A stretch of 64,000 bases of DNA from Chrysomallon squamiferum. Lineage: Eukaryota; Animalia; Mollusca. The stretch lies in the NCBI GenBank assembly GCA_012295275.1, contig CM022678.1, forward strand, positions 12,834,001-12,898,000. Direction: 5' to 3'. Every line of letters starts with the position of its first letter. Position 1 is the stretch's first letter. The notes beneath the pieces are model-generated. The model was not told the DNA's origin and ran no database searches. It saw only the letters and a program-made list of their open reading frames with translations. Positions 46,912 to 62,800 of the stretch are shown piece after piece. Both the position numbers and the translations under genes were made by a program.

Positions 46912-47674
46912 TATTGTTACATAGAGATAAACATAAAAATGTGTCTGATGGTGTGTGTGTGTGCTTCCAAGTACAAACACACACACACACACGTGTGTAT
47001 CTGTATGCTAGTTATTAACTGGTACAGTATTTGTTACATACAGAGCTGTCCACACACACACACAAAGAATATTTATTTAGAGCAGCCTTGAAAGTAACTC
47101 AAGTATTTATATCATGATCAGGGGTAAGGAGAACACAATCACTGTTCTTTGTCACTTGACATGAATACTGGAATACCTACTCATGCATGATGTTACTGAA
47201 TTGCAAGTCTCAAAGGTTTACAAATTTGGGTCACCAACACATATTTTAATTTTACATGGTGTCTTAAAACATCACTTTCAGAAATGAGTGTGTAGTTTTT
47301 TAGAGCATTTGTTGAGGTATAAAGGGTCAAATGATCAAAACTAACAGACAGGATACAACAGCTATATCCCATTATGGACAGTGCTCCACATCTACTTTAA
47401 CAAATACAGTGATATGTTCCATTCAAAACTACGATGTGAGAATAAATGCAATACAAAATATATAACTTGAATATTTATTTTTTTATTGCACTTACATAAT
47501 AAATATTAATAATACATTACTATGTACAAAACAGAAATCAGCAGATAGCCATTTCTTGTTAATTTACATTCCACACATCAGTGTAACACTTTTGAAATAA
47601 CACATATTTCATTTTTAAATACAGTAAATTTCTATTTGTAACCACAAAGTATTCTGTGGCCTGGCTGAAAACAG

Positions 47675-47800
47675 TGAGAGAGAGCGGGGGGAGGCAGAGA
47701 GAGAAAGTGAGAGAGAGAGAGGGGGAGGCAGAGAGAGAAAGTGAGAGAGAGAGAGGGGGGAGGCAGAGAGAGAAAGTGAGAGAGAGAGGGGGGAGGCAGA
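47675..47800. repeat. Purine-rich ~32-bp minisatellite
   Basis: GTGAGAGAGAGAGGGGGAGGCAGAGAGAGAAA occurs about 4 times. Confidence 0.85.
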
Positions 47801-48731
47801 TAGAGGATGGAGAAATAAAGAGAGAATGAAAATTAAATTCCACTTTTTCCACATATTATTTATAAATATCACATCCATTTGTTTATGTATCAATCCTTGC
47901 TAATTATATATTAAATAAAAACACACACACACACACACACAACACTAGTTAGTTAGTTTACATTTACTCACACACAGGTTATTCTATCCTCTTTACTTAA
48001 AGTTCACACTGACATATTTTATATTTGTGACATTCACTCAACCAAAAGATAATTTCTGTTTATTTCTTTACAGTGTGAGGTCAGGGTTTTCAAAGGCTTG
48101 CTGTAGAGAGATGTTTGTACTTTTATAGCCTTGATACTTAACTTGCTATTTTATAGTCATAGTTTATTATTAATAAAACTGCCATTAACTTATTTATGCA
48201 GACACCAGATGTAAATTTAAAAACTAAACACAATAAATAAAATTAAAAAAATTAAAAATAAAAATAATATAATAATTAAAAACAACAAAAAGAAATCAAT
48301 CATTCAAATAAATATTTAAAATGTATATAAGCAATTGAAAAAATAAACCAGTTAGCAAGGTGTACATAGGATGCAGGTATATGTACAGTGTGTTGCCAGT
48401 AACACAGTATTTTGTTTTAAAGAGTTCAGTAATATAAAGAAAAAAGTAAAGAAGATATTACTGGGCTACTTGTTCAAACAGTAATTTTACAAAGCACAAT
48501 AATAATAGTAGGAGTAGCAGTAGTAGTATTAGTAATAATAATAATAATAAAAAGAAAAAAGAAATAATCCAAATACAGAAAAACAAATAAAAATTACACG
48601 AGCCTTCATTTCAAAGTGACAAAACTAAATTTTTAATGTTTATGTAAATAATGAATAAATGTGTAGTGACTGAATCAATAGAGACTGATCAGACATCTGT
48701 GACCAAGTAAATTATACATGAGTGAACTAGT

Positions 48732-48784
<53 letters not shown>

Positions 48785-51336
48785 AAAGTGAAAATCAGTT
48801 CTTCAAGTGAACATCAATGTTATAAAAATAAAATGAATTAAGTCTGTTATTTATAGTTATAAACATGCATATTCACTTATACATGTGTGTGTATGTATGA
48901 ATGTATGTAAGTATATGTATATAAAAGGTTACTGTCACAGGGAGAGCTGGTGAAATGTCACTGACATCCTTCCACTGCCCCCCTCCTGCTGAACACAGTC
49001 ACAGCCCTGTAATGTACAGTGACATCTCAGTCTTAAAACAGAGAAATTATCTCCCTTGATTAACTTGAATGTACTCTTACAGGTGAGAATGTAACACAGA
49101 CTATGTTCCCTGGTTTGTACCTGTGTGTTAATATTCACAACCTTTTATTTATTATTGTTTTTAACAATGTTCACTTTTACTGGTGTGAATGTTTTGATAA
49201 TATACACACTGACATAAGTCCTAATAATTGACAAATAGCATATGTATGATCTTGTCCACATTTACTGCTATTATTATTATTATTGCTAATATTCATATTC
49301 TGCTGCTTCATACAAGTTACTATGGACAACAGAGCTACCCAAGCTTTGCTTTATTTATTTACTTTTTCTCCTGCATATAAATTACTGCTAGAAATATTTG
49401 TATTCTCTTTTAAGTTTTACAATGTTCATTTTCCCTCTCATCTCACAAACACCCCCCACACCCTGTTACTCCCAACCCCACCTCTACCCAGGACCAACAC
49501 CCACAACACACCCACACACAAAATAAAAATCTACACTGAAAAATATGACTGGTTTTCTGGCATACTAGTACAAAATACTGTCTATATTCTAACAAGATTT
49601 AGTAATACAGCTATCTAAAACATATTACTGTTATAACACAATTTAATTATATATTAACACACACTGTATTTATATTTATATAACAAAAACAAAGATTCAT
49701 AAATACATATTAATAGTCATTTTACTGTCAGTGTATTTAACTAGATAAAACAGCAAACCCCAGGTTTATTTATTTTATTATTTTTTAATCTTTTTCTGGT
49801 TTGGTTCCATTTTTGTTATTTATTTATTTATTTATTTATTTGTTTATTTATTTATTTATTAAAAGACACATAAATATCTAATTGTATTAGTTTGTTTTGG
49901 TTGTTTTGATTTTATCTTGAAATATACAAATGTGTTAACCTCATATTTAATTTTACATTCCACACAGCTCATCAAAGTCTATGCATACATAGCATTTTTC
50001 TTTTTTCTTTCTTTCTTATTTTCTTTCTTTTTTTGGATTAGCAAACAGAAATCTTTTAATTTGACCTTCCTATGAACAGGAAAACCTTTTCCATAAAAGA
50101 AAATAGTTAAAGTCACTGGGTGGATTAGGAAAAAAACATCTCCACAAAGAACTGAAAAGAATGGCTTGCTCAGCTGGTATTAATTAACATGATGTTTGAA
50201 ACAACTACACATATTCTTTAAATGATAACAACAAGGAAACTACAACAATAACATTTATCACAGCTGTTAAAGACAAAACAAAGAATTAATTAAAATATTA
50301 ATAATTAAATGTTAGAAACATATACAATATACATCTCAATAATGTATGTGTGGTATATATATATATATATATAAATACATGAAATAACAATTTCATCCTG
50401 CAAAGATACAAATCAAATCAGTCAGCAAGGCTTGTTATAAGCATATTGAATTTACAAAACATCTTTTAATTTTAGTATCAGAAAAGTATAACCATTTTAA
50501 TTTACTTTGAAAAAACAGGCTTCATAAATTCTTCCTCATAATAAATTTACTTTAATATATTTTTTAGTTTATTGGGTTTTTCAACAGTTTAACCAAGAAC
50601 AACTTTCAGTTGTTAGTTAAATGTAGTAAACAACCACTGACTAATATTTATTTATTAAATGTTTGTAAACACAACTTGGCATCACTGAATCACTCTACCT
50701 GTAACAACATTAGCACTGTCATCAAAAAGGCACTTTTAGGAAAAAACACAAATGTTTATATTTACATATAACAGTTCTGTACATTTAACAGAAAACTCTA
50801 TATCTTGTTTTCTGGATTTTTGTGAATACTAAGAGAGATAACAAATTTTAAACATATTTAAAAATAAAAAATAAAAAGCTTCAAGATTGTTTATAGAAAA
50901 GCATCAGAAAGAGGAAATTATTTAAAATTATTGAATCAACAACAGTTTTTATTGATGAGAATCTGGTTTGTGTGTTTTAAAACAATAAAACATAAATATC
51001 AATTTAACAAACTTTTCTTGACAGCTTATTCTATCTTGTTCAGACTAAGATATTCTAACGACACTATGTTTATTTATTTATAAATTACGTCATATGAATG
51101 AATACACCCCTTAGTTCAGTCTATATTTAATAAAATAAAATATCAGTTTCTATATATTTAAAAAAAATAGCATGGTCCTAAAAAATTAAAATTAAAATAC
51201 TTTTTATTGAATGGTTCAACCTTGGCCATTTCATTATTATTATTATTTGTTTTTCCAGTATTTAAAAAAAATCTCTTTTTCCCGTTATTGCCTTGATCCT
51301 AGACCAGTCTTACTACATTATAAATATTTAAAGATT

Positions 51337-52885
51337 TTATTTTCCTCCCAGGAGAGGGTCATTAAAGATGTCCACTTCTTCCTTTGATGACTTTGAAGTG
51401 TCTTTTGCTTTTTCTTTTGTTTGTTTCTTTGGCTTAGATGCAACTGGGGAAGAATCAGCAAAAATGTCATCTGAAATAAATATAAATAAAACTGAAAATA
51501 AATATGTCCTTTATACAATAACATTATATTACTACATACTTCTACTAATAAATCAGTTAAAAAAAGACAACAAAACCTTGACATTTATAGGATTTAAATT
51601 TAATGTGAAACAGTTATATATGCATTGTCATACTTAATTATTATCTTTTACACATACAGCCACACTGTTTATAATCTTACTTTGCACTTATATTAAAAAT
51701 ATTCACACACACACGAATACAAACAGAAGAAAACAAATGCGCGCACACACACACACACAGAATACAAAGACAAGAATACACAGTGAAGTACAAAACACAC
51801 CAATGTCATCTTTAAAGATGCTTTTCTTCTCTGTGGATGTGACTTTCTTCTTCTTCTTTGCTTCCTTTGGTTTGGGTTGTGGAATGTTGGAGAAGATGTC
51901 TGTGTCATCCTCAAACAGCACCTCATCCTTCACCACCGCTTTCTTCACCCTCCTCCTCTCCACCACGCCAACTACGTCAGCATCCTGAAATATACACATC
52001 ACCATTCTGAGAAATACACATCACCATTATGAGGAAATAATGTCGTCATTATGACAAAAATATTATAATCCTGATTTAAAAAATATCATCATTCTGATTT
52101 TAAAAATGTTGTCATTACAATAAGAATATCATCATTCTGATTAAAAAAAGAAAATCATCATGATGAGTAAAATGTCATCCTGCTGACACAGAAATGAAAG
52201 AGTAAACTGTCAACTGTTGTACTCAGTAGGATGTTACAACCAGGAGAAACTAAATATGAACTTCTATAAAAACAAAACTGTATGTTCCCTATGACATGAC
52301 ACTTTCACACAAACTTAAATACAGGGAGAGACAGACTGTGTGAAAGATGAGAGGGTCCTGTCCTTGCATAACACATTTTCAGTACATGCAAATTGTGTGT
52401 TGTGCTGAACAATATTTTTCTTATTGTTGGAAATAAATGACTGCACTGACAGTGTTAGGCACTAAACAACATTCTTTCATAGTCAATATGGCTGTGTTGC
52501 TATTTAACAATACTGTTAGTGGGGTATAAGATTATTCCAACAACATAATCTTGACCTTGTTAACTAAGAAGTAGTTTACAGATCAACACTGATATTTTTT
52601 TATTTATTAATAATATGTAATAATATAACCATAAATTTTAACTGGTTAGAAGAAATGAAACATTACTTTGTATTGACACATTCAGATCATCACAAAATGC
52701 TGTTTGAAATCTTAAATTGTTTTAAATAACAAAAAATAAATCTTCATAACTGTATTAGTTAATTTATTTCAGCTGTAATCTTTTTTGTATGTGTATTTCT
52801 ACTAAACAAATGTAATTTATAAAAGGATTATGCAAATGTTTTATTTAATGTGCAGATTCTAACTTTGTGAACCCTGCACTCAATA

Positions 52886-52928
<43 letters not shown>

Positions 52929-54480
52929 ACTCACACAAACACACACACACTCACTTACTCACACAAACACACTCACACTCACACAAACACACACACTCAC
53001 TCACACAAACACTCACACAAACACACACACAGACACACACACAAAACACACACACTCACTCTCGTACTGTAAAATAATAAAATATTTAAAAAAATTCTTA
53101 CCTCTGCTGATTTGGTTGCAGGTTTTGCTGTTGCAGTACTTGATGCAAAAATGTCTTCCTCATCATGTTTAGCTTTTGATTCTGAGAAAATATTCAGAAG
53201 AAGAAAAAGTCTCATGAATGCTATAACCACAACTTTTTATAAATTACTTTCCTGTATAACATCTAATATCATTAGAAATAAACGCAAAAACCTTTTAAAA
53301 AATACTTTTCCTCTATAACATCTAACATTATAACTAACCAATTAGAGATTTTAAAAACCAGTTGGAACAAGAAATCATGCAAGAAAATAGCTAGACGTTG
53401 TACAGCAACAATCAAATCTTTAAAGTATTAATTAACTAAAATAAGCACACGTACATATTTTTCTTATATAAATACATTACTTTTTCAGTTTACCTTTTTT
53501 CTTGTTAATACTGGCATCAGCAAAGATGTCATCATCATCATCTGCAGCAGCAGCAACAGCATCTGATTTTTTAGAAACATTGGGTGTCACTTTTTTACTT
53601 TCTGGTAATTTTGCTGAAGCAAATAAATCATCCAGTTTCTTTTTCTGTGTCTCGTCACTTTTAACTTTAGAAAATAAATTATCTTCAGATGCTGATTTTT
53701 CAGCTTTGCTTTTTGAATCTGAAAACAGGTCATCTATGGAACTGTCTTTTGTTGAACTTTCCTTTTTGCTTTTTTCAAAGAGTCCTTTGCTAAAAATATC
53801 ACCTTCTTTTTCTTTTGCAGAGACTACAGGTTTTGGACTTTCAGTCTTTTCACCAAAAAGATCATCATTGCCAAACAAGTCAGTGGAAGATGGAGGTGTG
53901 GCTTTGGTGAGAGATGAAGTTAAATTTGATTGGCTGGATTTAGATGTGGGCAGAGCAGATGCATCAGATGATTTTGGATCTGAAGTTGATTGGTCAGATA
54001 ACTTAGAAGTTGAATCCGATTGGTCGCGTGACTTAGAGATTGTATTTGATTGGTCATCTGTTTTGGATACTGAATGGGATTGATCAGCTGATTCTAATGT
54101 TGAACCTGGTTGGTCAGGAGACACAGGAGTTGAATCTGATTGGTCAGACTTGCTAATGGATGATGCCTCCTCTGTTTCGGTAGGAGAAGGTAAAGTGAAC
54201 TCGTCAAACGACTGTGACAACACCATCGACTTTCTTCCTTTCCGCGACATCGGCCGTCTGCGAGTCAGCTTAGCTCTGTCCTGTAATCATCAGTGTAAGT
54301 TATACAACAACAACAACAACAACAACTACAACAACAACTACTACATCAACTACAACAACTACACCTGCAACAACATCAACAACTACAACTACAACAACAA
54401 TGATAATAAAATCAGATAAATAAATAAATACAGAGAAATAGAGAGAGAAGAAAAGTAAATTAATAAAAAACGCAAGTTTG

Positions 54481-54528
<48 letters not shown>

Positions 54529-54751
54529 AAAACTGAACACACTTTGTTTGCACTGTAGAGAGGTTTGGCTTCAGCTGGGGCATCAAATGTTGCCGTGACA
54601 ACCTCCTCCTCTTTGACTGGGGGTGCAGCTCCGGGTAACAAGGCAGCAGGGTTGATAGCTAGACCAGCCTGATAAACAAATAAACAAACAAACTAACTAA
54701 ATACATAAATAAATATAAATAAATATAAATAAATACATAAGTAAATAAATA

Positions 54752-54791
<40 letters not shown>

Positions 54792-54886
54792 GAATAACTA
54801 TTAATATATAAGTAAACAAAAAAAGTAAAAAAACAAATAAATAACTATAATTATAAAAAAAATAAACAAACAAGCAAATAACCTCA

Positions 54887-54933
<47 letters not shown>

Positions 54934-57900
54934 ACAAACAAATAAAACAAACCCCTCCCAAATAAAAAAACCCCCCCAAAAAATTAAAATTAAAGAAAAT
55001 AAATAAAGAAAATAAATAAATAAATAAATATAAATAAATAAATAAATATTCAGTACATTTTTTCTACAGGTCAGAAGAAACAAACTAGCTTCATAAAGTA
55101 AGTTCTATTGGTATTTAATAAGAAAAACATTAATCTAATACAAATTTTTAAAATCTAGATAAAATACAAATGTCCATTAGGGTAGAGTTATGACATATGT
55201 ATTATCTTCTTTTTTCTAAAGTAGAACAATGATATTTAAATGAAAATAGCAAAATAATATTTTTTATGCTTCCATGCTTATTTATCTTTTGTTAAAACAT
55301 ACTTGTGATATTTCTTTATAATAATGTACAAATTAATAACCTGAATTCTCAGAACAACATCTCTGTAGTGGCCCATATTAAATATTTTAATACTGTTGGC
55401 ATCATTAGGAAGACTGAGAAAAATTACATTATACAAATAAGAGAAAAATATCTTCTTATTCTTTTTTTTTTGTTAATAAATTTTTAATTTGACAAATCTG
55501 TGAAAATATTTATTTTAATAAATTAATAATGACAGTTACTGTTTAAACAAACCTTGAGTTTACCAATTTTGCTTGGTTTTGTCAAATCTGCTGATTTCTC
55601 TTCAGAATGAGGCTGAGGGTAAAGAGCAAAACATGCAAACAAAACAGCAAACAAACAAAAATAAACAACAAAATCCACAAACGAAAAATAAAAAATAAAC
55701 ATTTAGTAAAAATCTACTAGTGAAAAAGAAAAAGAAATGCTCATAGTGACATAAAAGTAAACAACTAAATCTTGTAATAAACACAAATTAAAATATTATT
55801 AATAAAAATAAGAATCATAATAAAAACACCACAAAAAAAAAATAATAATAAAAAAATAGAAATAAAAATAAAAAAGTAAAAATGATTAATAAAAAGTGAA
55901 TAAAACATTCAAAAGCAAACAAAACAAAATTAAGCTTTGTAATAATAAAATTTTGTCACAGCAGGCTGAACATGCAGAATGAACACAAATTATTTTCTTA
56001 TTATTATCAGTTAACCTGTTTTGGTGGAAACAAATAAAACTAAGTTAAGCATCAAGAAGAAAAAACAGTTTTGTATAAAACTAAGACAAACCTCAAACGG
56101 TGATGTTGTTTCAGTCACAGTCTCTTTATCCTTGACTTCAGCTACAACAACAACAAAAACAAATAACTCATGAAATAACAGTAATTTTAAATTATTAATT
56201 TAATAAATGTAATTATGTGATTTTGAAAATGAATATTTAAGAAAAAAGCTGGAATGAACATTTCAAAAAAACTTACTTTGTTTTTAATCTTGAAATTTAG
56301 AATAAACGGTTACATAGCAGAAAAAGACAATGAAGACAAAATTCTAGTTTTATTCATTTTAACTTCAGCATGTTTTAAACTGGCAGCCATAATTAATCTG
56401 TGTGATATTTACAGATTATCTTTCTATATAATCTACAGTCTGTGAACAAAACAAATTTGATCTCCAAGTAAAATCAATCATTCTCTCTAAGACTGTGTCT
56501 GTAAAGCTGTGTCTCTGTAAGACTGTCTCTCTCTAAGCCTGTGTCTGTAAAGCTGTGTCTCTGTAAGACTGTCTCTCTCTAAGCCTGTGTCTGTAAAGCT
56601 GTGTCTCTCTAAGACTGTCTCTCTCTAAGACTGTGTCTGTAAAGCTGTGTCTCTGTAAGAAGTAAGAATATAAAATGACGTACCTGGTGGTTCAGGTTTT
56701 TCTGGTGTGGATGCTGACCGTTTTAGAAATCCTGCCATTGGGTCAATTCCTCCAAACATCGACACAGCACCAGCTGGTTTCCACGGCTTCGGAACAGCAG
56801 ACTTAGGAGGCTCCTGTTGGTAACATTATTTTAATTTTAGCTTAACAGATACACACTGTTCAGTTTAATCTATTTATAAAATATATAAATATGTTCTACT
56901 TTATTAAAATTTATCAATAAAAATGTCAGAATTTTAATTTATCACTTAAATGTGGTAACAACAACAATAATCAAAAAAAAAATTAGTAATAAAAACAAAA
57001 ATACAACTACTATAAAAATAATAAATGGTTAGAAAAAAAAAATAATGAGAATAAAAACAACAACAGCAGTAATAACAACAACAACTATATCAACAGCCGA
57101 CTAATAATGATAATAATATTTAAAATGTTTACTTCTTTTTTATCTTCTTCTTTGTGTTGTGTTTCTTCGTGACTCTTCTCCTGGCTAGTGTCTTTCTCCA
57201 GCGACTTTGCCGAGTCTGATCGTGAAGGTTTTGGTTTCACTATAGGTGGAGCTTTAGCTTTTGGCTTCACCGACGTAGAACTGAAGAGGTCATCATCATC
57301 ATCATCATCGGCAAACAGTGGACCAGCTGTAACGGTAAGAAATACTTCGTTTGTAATTTTCATTAATGTACATCATCATTAGTAAAATATCACTGCTGCA
57401 TCATTATCATCATATAAGAAACTAATTTTATCATTAGCATCATCTGGTAAATAAAGAAATCAAAATTATTTCTGGTGTAACACTTAACATATGAAAACCA
57501 CAGCACAATATAACAACAACAACAACAACAACAACAACAATAATAATTTATACCATTGCATTACTTTCAATTCTCAATAATTTAAAGAAAAAAAATTAAG
57601 ATTCTAAATATAAAACTGTCACAACAACTTACAAATTGATTTTGCTTTTTCAACAGGTTTTCTCTTTGCTTGCTCTCCTGTCTTGTCTTTAGATTTCTCT
57701 GCAGATTTTTCTTCTTTCTTCTCTTCCTCCTTCTTTTTTTCTTCTTTCTTTTCTTCTGTCTTCTGATCTTCTTTCTTCTCTGTCTCATCTTCAGCTGGTT
57801 TCTTCTTCTTCAACAAAGCTGAAGGGTCGAGACCTCCAAACATCGACACAGCACCCGCAGGTTTCTTCTTTTTAATTTCCACTGGCGCAGATTTTGTTTT

Positions 57901-58817
57901 CTCCTGAAACAGTAGTTACTTTTTCAGTTAGGATGCAAATAAAATATTAATTAATTAACTAATTTTTATTCATAAACGATGGATATTTGCTTTCAAACCC
58001 AACAAATTCTTAAAAAAGGAAGCAATGAATGAATGAATTAATGTTTAACGATATCCCAGCATGCAAACTAGATCAGTGGTCGGGTGTCAAACAAAGGTAC
58101 ATGTAACAAAATGGTGATTGTTTTATATGTAAAAATTAGTCAAAACAGTGTAAAGAAAACACAAAAGATATTTATAACATTTTAATAACAGTTTTGTAAA
58201 ATTTCAAATTATCAAGTGTTCAAGACGACAATAAAAACATATTCATATTTTTATATTAATTGATGTTAAAAACTAAGAAATGAGAGGAAGATGCTTTTAA
58301 AAAAGTTTTAATTATTTGTTACACACATACAGACAGGCAGTGTAGTGCTTACCTCATCAACTGTGACAGCATCATTTGACTCTGTGCTTGTTACTCCTTC
58401 AACATCCACCTTCTCTGGTACCGGTAGTGGTGGGGGCTGTATTAAAATAAAAATAACAGTAACAACAACAACAACAACAACAACAACAATAATAACCATA
58501 ACAATAACAATAGTAATAATAATAATAAAATAATAGTAATAACAACAATAACAGTAATAATAATAATAATAATAACAATAATAATAACAATAACAATAAT
58601 AATAATAACAATAACAACAATAACAACAACAACAACAACAACAACAACAATAATAATAATAGTAATAATAATAATAATAAGCAATAAATAAAAATAATAG
58701 TAATAGTAACAACAATAATAATAATAATAAATAAATAAAAATAATAGTAATAGTAACAACAATAATAATAATAATAAATAAAATAAATTAAAATAGTAAT
58801 AATAAAAATAAAAATAA

Positions 58818-58852
<35 letters not shown>

Positions 58853-59137
58853 AATAAACAAAATAAATAAATAAAATAAACAAAATCACAATCAAGAAAC
58901 AAACACATGTTATTTTTCTAAGGTTAAAATACTAATATTAAACTGTAGTTTATATATATATACTTATATATTTAGCAAGCATTAACAGGACCAACACATT
59001 TTACATAAGACAAAACTTGCATGACACCTAGCTACTGCCATTTTTGATGTTAAAACTAAACAATCTTAAGACAAAGGTGACAAACAATTAGTATAGAAAG
59101 GATATAAAAAGCAAAACAAAAATAAGAATAAATAACT

Positions 59138-59187
<50 letters not shown>

Positions 59188-59771
59188 GAGTGTGCTAATG
59201 TTATTAAATAAAATATTATTTCTTTCCTTTCTTTTGAACCAACACAGTTTTTAAAAAATCTCAGTTTTTTTCACTAAACTCTAAACAATTTGATTTTCTT
59301 CATTATACAAGGGAAGCTGTTTTTTAACATTGTTCTGCTGTTCAGTTGCACATTAACTAAGTACACATTTTATTCACTTGCTTATTCTGTGTATGTAATT
59401 CTAACTCAAATCTGCTAAGTGCAAAATAAATGTGAAGATTCAGAATTTAGATTTTCTTTTTGTTTTTCTGTCTTGTCATCGTCACAGAACATCATCATTT
59501 CCTCTGCAACATCTCACCTCTGGTTTAACAGAACTAAACAAATCATCATCATCATCATCGTCGTCGTTGAAAAGATCAGTTGTAGTTGATGCTGTTGTAA
59601 CTCCACCTATCTTATGAGTAGTGTTAGTGTTAGGTTGGGAAGATGAGGATTTTGTCTGAAGTAAAATACATTAAATGATTAGTAACTACATAGCAAGCAT
59701 AATTAACAGTTAAACATATACAGGCTTAGACACAGATATATACTAGTATATATATATATATATATATATAT

Positions 59772-59813
<42 letters not shown>

Positions 59814-62800
59814 TTAATACTTGTCATTGTGACAAACAGAAACAGAAATAGAGGATGCTTTCTTTAAGATATGAAAATAAAACCTTTTTTAAATCTCTCC
59901 CTCTTTCTCTCTCAATGAATGTGTTCATGTTTGTGTGTGTGTATGTGTATGTGTGCATGTGTGTGTGTGTGTGTGTGAGTGTGAGTGTCTGTGTGAACCT
60001 TGTTCTTATACCATTGTCTTACAAATAAATCTGTACTACATCTACAGAGAGTTAAATATAGACAAAAAATACACACTATGTTCAATAATTAATATATTAA
60101 ATAAACAGACATATCACTAAATCATATATACAAATTTTAGTAATTTAATATAAAAGGTTGATTAAATAACATGCAAACCACACATACAAACACACACACA
60201 CACACACAGACATGCACACACTAAATAAACTCACAGTTTCTGTTTTTGTTTCTGGTTTACTGAAAAGATCAACATCTGGAGTTTCTTCACTTCCACCAAA
60301 CAACAAATCTTCATCTTCAAACAAACTCTTTGACTTTGTCCTCGTTTTCTGTTTTGTCTGAAACATTTAAAACATTCTGCAAATTAATAAATTAGTGAAT
60401 AAAAATAAATACAAAAATATTAAATAAATGATTTTTTTATATATATATATATACAAAGAAATTCCTAAAACAATAAATAAAAATCGTATCTGAAATAAAC
60501 AATAAACAACATACAACTAAATATATATTTAAATATTTAATAAATTTGATTATAAAAGCAGAAAACTTGAATCATTAGTCTTTATAATTATTTATTTAAA
60601 TATTTAATAAACCAAAGAAAGGGAAACGTCAAGTATCTAAATAATTAAGAATTCCTGATTTTACAAGTAATATGACTTCAAAGACAATTTCAAGTGGAGG
60701 AGGTCAAGTGACAAATTTGAAAAAGTATCCATGGATAAAATTAAATATTAGAATGTTTTTATCCTGTAAGGTTCAGGAATAAAACTGAAATCCCAGATCT
60801 TTGTACAAATATGGTGCAACATGGAAAAAAGAAAAAATAATACACGTTTATACCAGTTCTTTACACTTCAACTAATCATGTGTAATTTATGTGAGGAAGT
60901 GTTTTAATAGGAAACAACAACAACAACTAAAAGTTAAATATGTGTGTGTGCATGTGTGTGTGCATGTGTGTGTGTGTGTGAGTGTGTGTTTGTGTGTATA
61001 AATACACATATACACATACATTATAAGTATGTATCTGTGAAGTAAAAATAAAATTCTACACACATCTTTTTTGTCTGTGGGAGGTGGAGGTGGAGCTCCA
61101 AACAAGTCAGCATCGTCTTCATCGTCAGCGTCAAACAACGACACTGTTGTCTTCTTGGGCGATGTTGTTGCTGGTGTTGCAGGTTTATCTTCTTTTTTTT
61201 CCTATAATATTATTAATAATAATAACAACAATATAACAACAATAACAAAATCAATAGTAATAATAACATCAAAAATGTTAATAAAAAAAGATACTGATAA
61301 AATAATTTGTTAATAATAATAATAATGATCAAAATAATAATAATATGACAATGGTGTTGTTGCTGCTGTTGCTGTTGTTGTTGTTAGGCACAGTATAAAC
61401 ATTTCTAGTTAACTCTGAGAATTCAGTATACTGCATGATGTAAAGAAAGTGACAAAATATTCAGTTTATAAAAAAGTGAGAAAATAAAATACAAATAAAC
61501 ATACTCAGTATGGTCGAGTTTTAATCAAACATATCTGTATGTTAAAAATATAAATTAAAAAGTTATAAATAAAATTAAAATAATGAAATAAAAGAATTAA
61601 TAATAATAAAAAAGAAATATAAAGTTTGAACAGATTTAAAATATTTAAAAAAAAAAAAAATAAAAAAATAAAAAGAACATTATTTTTAAGTTATCAGTGT
61701 ATTTAAAAAAAACAAAAAACAAAAACAAACATACTTTATCTGTTTCACTTTTCTTTGACAAAATGTCTGCACCTCCAAACAATGCAACACCCCCTACTGG
61801 CTTCTTTTTACCTCTGAAATCAAAACAGTGCTGGTAACCTTTCAGAGGTTAACACAAATGTGGTTTCTTGATTAAATTTACTACATTAAAACAACAGAAT
61901 GTAAAAACATCACAGACTGAGTGTTGACATGTGTAAACTTATTTTCTTTAATTAATCTTTTAAAAGTCTACTTTAATTAATTATTATTATTTTTCACCAT
62001 TTAATAGATTTATTAAACTATTCATTTATGGATGTTAGGAGAATGGGGAAGTTATTTTATAATTGTGAATAAATATTTTTTTAATAAATATGATTTTCAG
62101 TCTCATGTATGCATTTTGTTCTTAAGATTAATAAACTTAATTTTGCTAATTTATCATGATGCAATAATAATAATAATAATAATAATAATAAGTCACACGC
62201 ACACGCACACACACATACTCACACACAAATACGTAAAAAATGTAAAAATTAATAATTTCAATAAAAATTCTGCAAACAAACATTAAAACATTACTCACGT
62301 TTCTTTAGTTTTCGGAGCTGAAGAAAAGAAATCTTCACCATCATCCTCGTCACTTTCAAACAAACTCTTCACCTTTGCCTTTGGCTTCTCTTGTTTCTAA
62401 AAATAACAAAAAAAAAAAAAAAATCTCTGGGTCACCTCACATAGGACTTAAACAATAACACCAGTGAGAAAGTCACATAGGACTTAAACAATAACACCAG
62501 TGAGAAAGTCACATAGGACTTAAACAATAACACCAGTGAGAAAGTCACATAGGACTTAAACAATAACACCAGTGAGAAAGTCACATAGGACTTAAACAAT
62601 AACAATACTGAGAAAGTCACATAGGACTTAAACAATAACACTAGTGAGAAAGTCACATAGGACTTAAACAATAACACCAGTGAGAAAGTCACATAGGACT
62701 TAAACAATAACACCAGTGAGAAAGTCACATAGGACTTAAACAATAACACCAGTGAGAAAGTCACATAGGACTTAAACAATAACACCAGTGAGAAAGTCAC

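Noticed and set aside
53502-54083. 193-aa plus-strand ORF
   Set aside because: Antisense shadow of the 787-bp FAM21 exon.
58020-58105. (ATGA)n-TGTTTAACGA...GGGTGTCAAAC segment reminiscent of a gastropod interspersed-repeat end
   Set aside because: Single short copy in this window and the resemblance is from memory only; it needs a Dfam or genome search.
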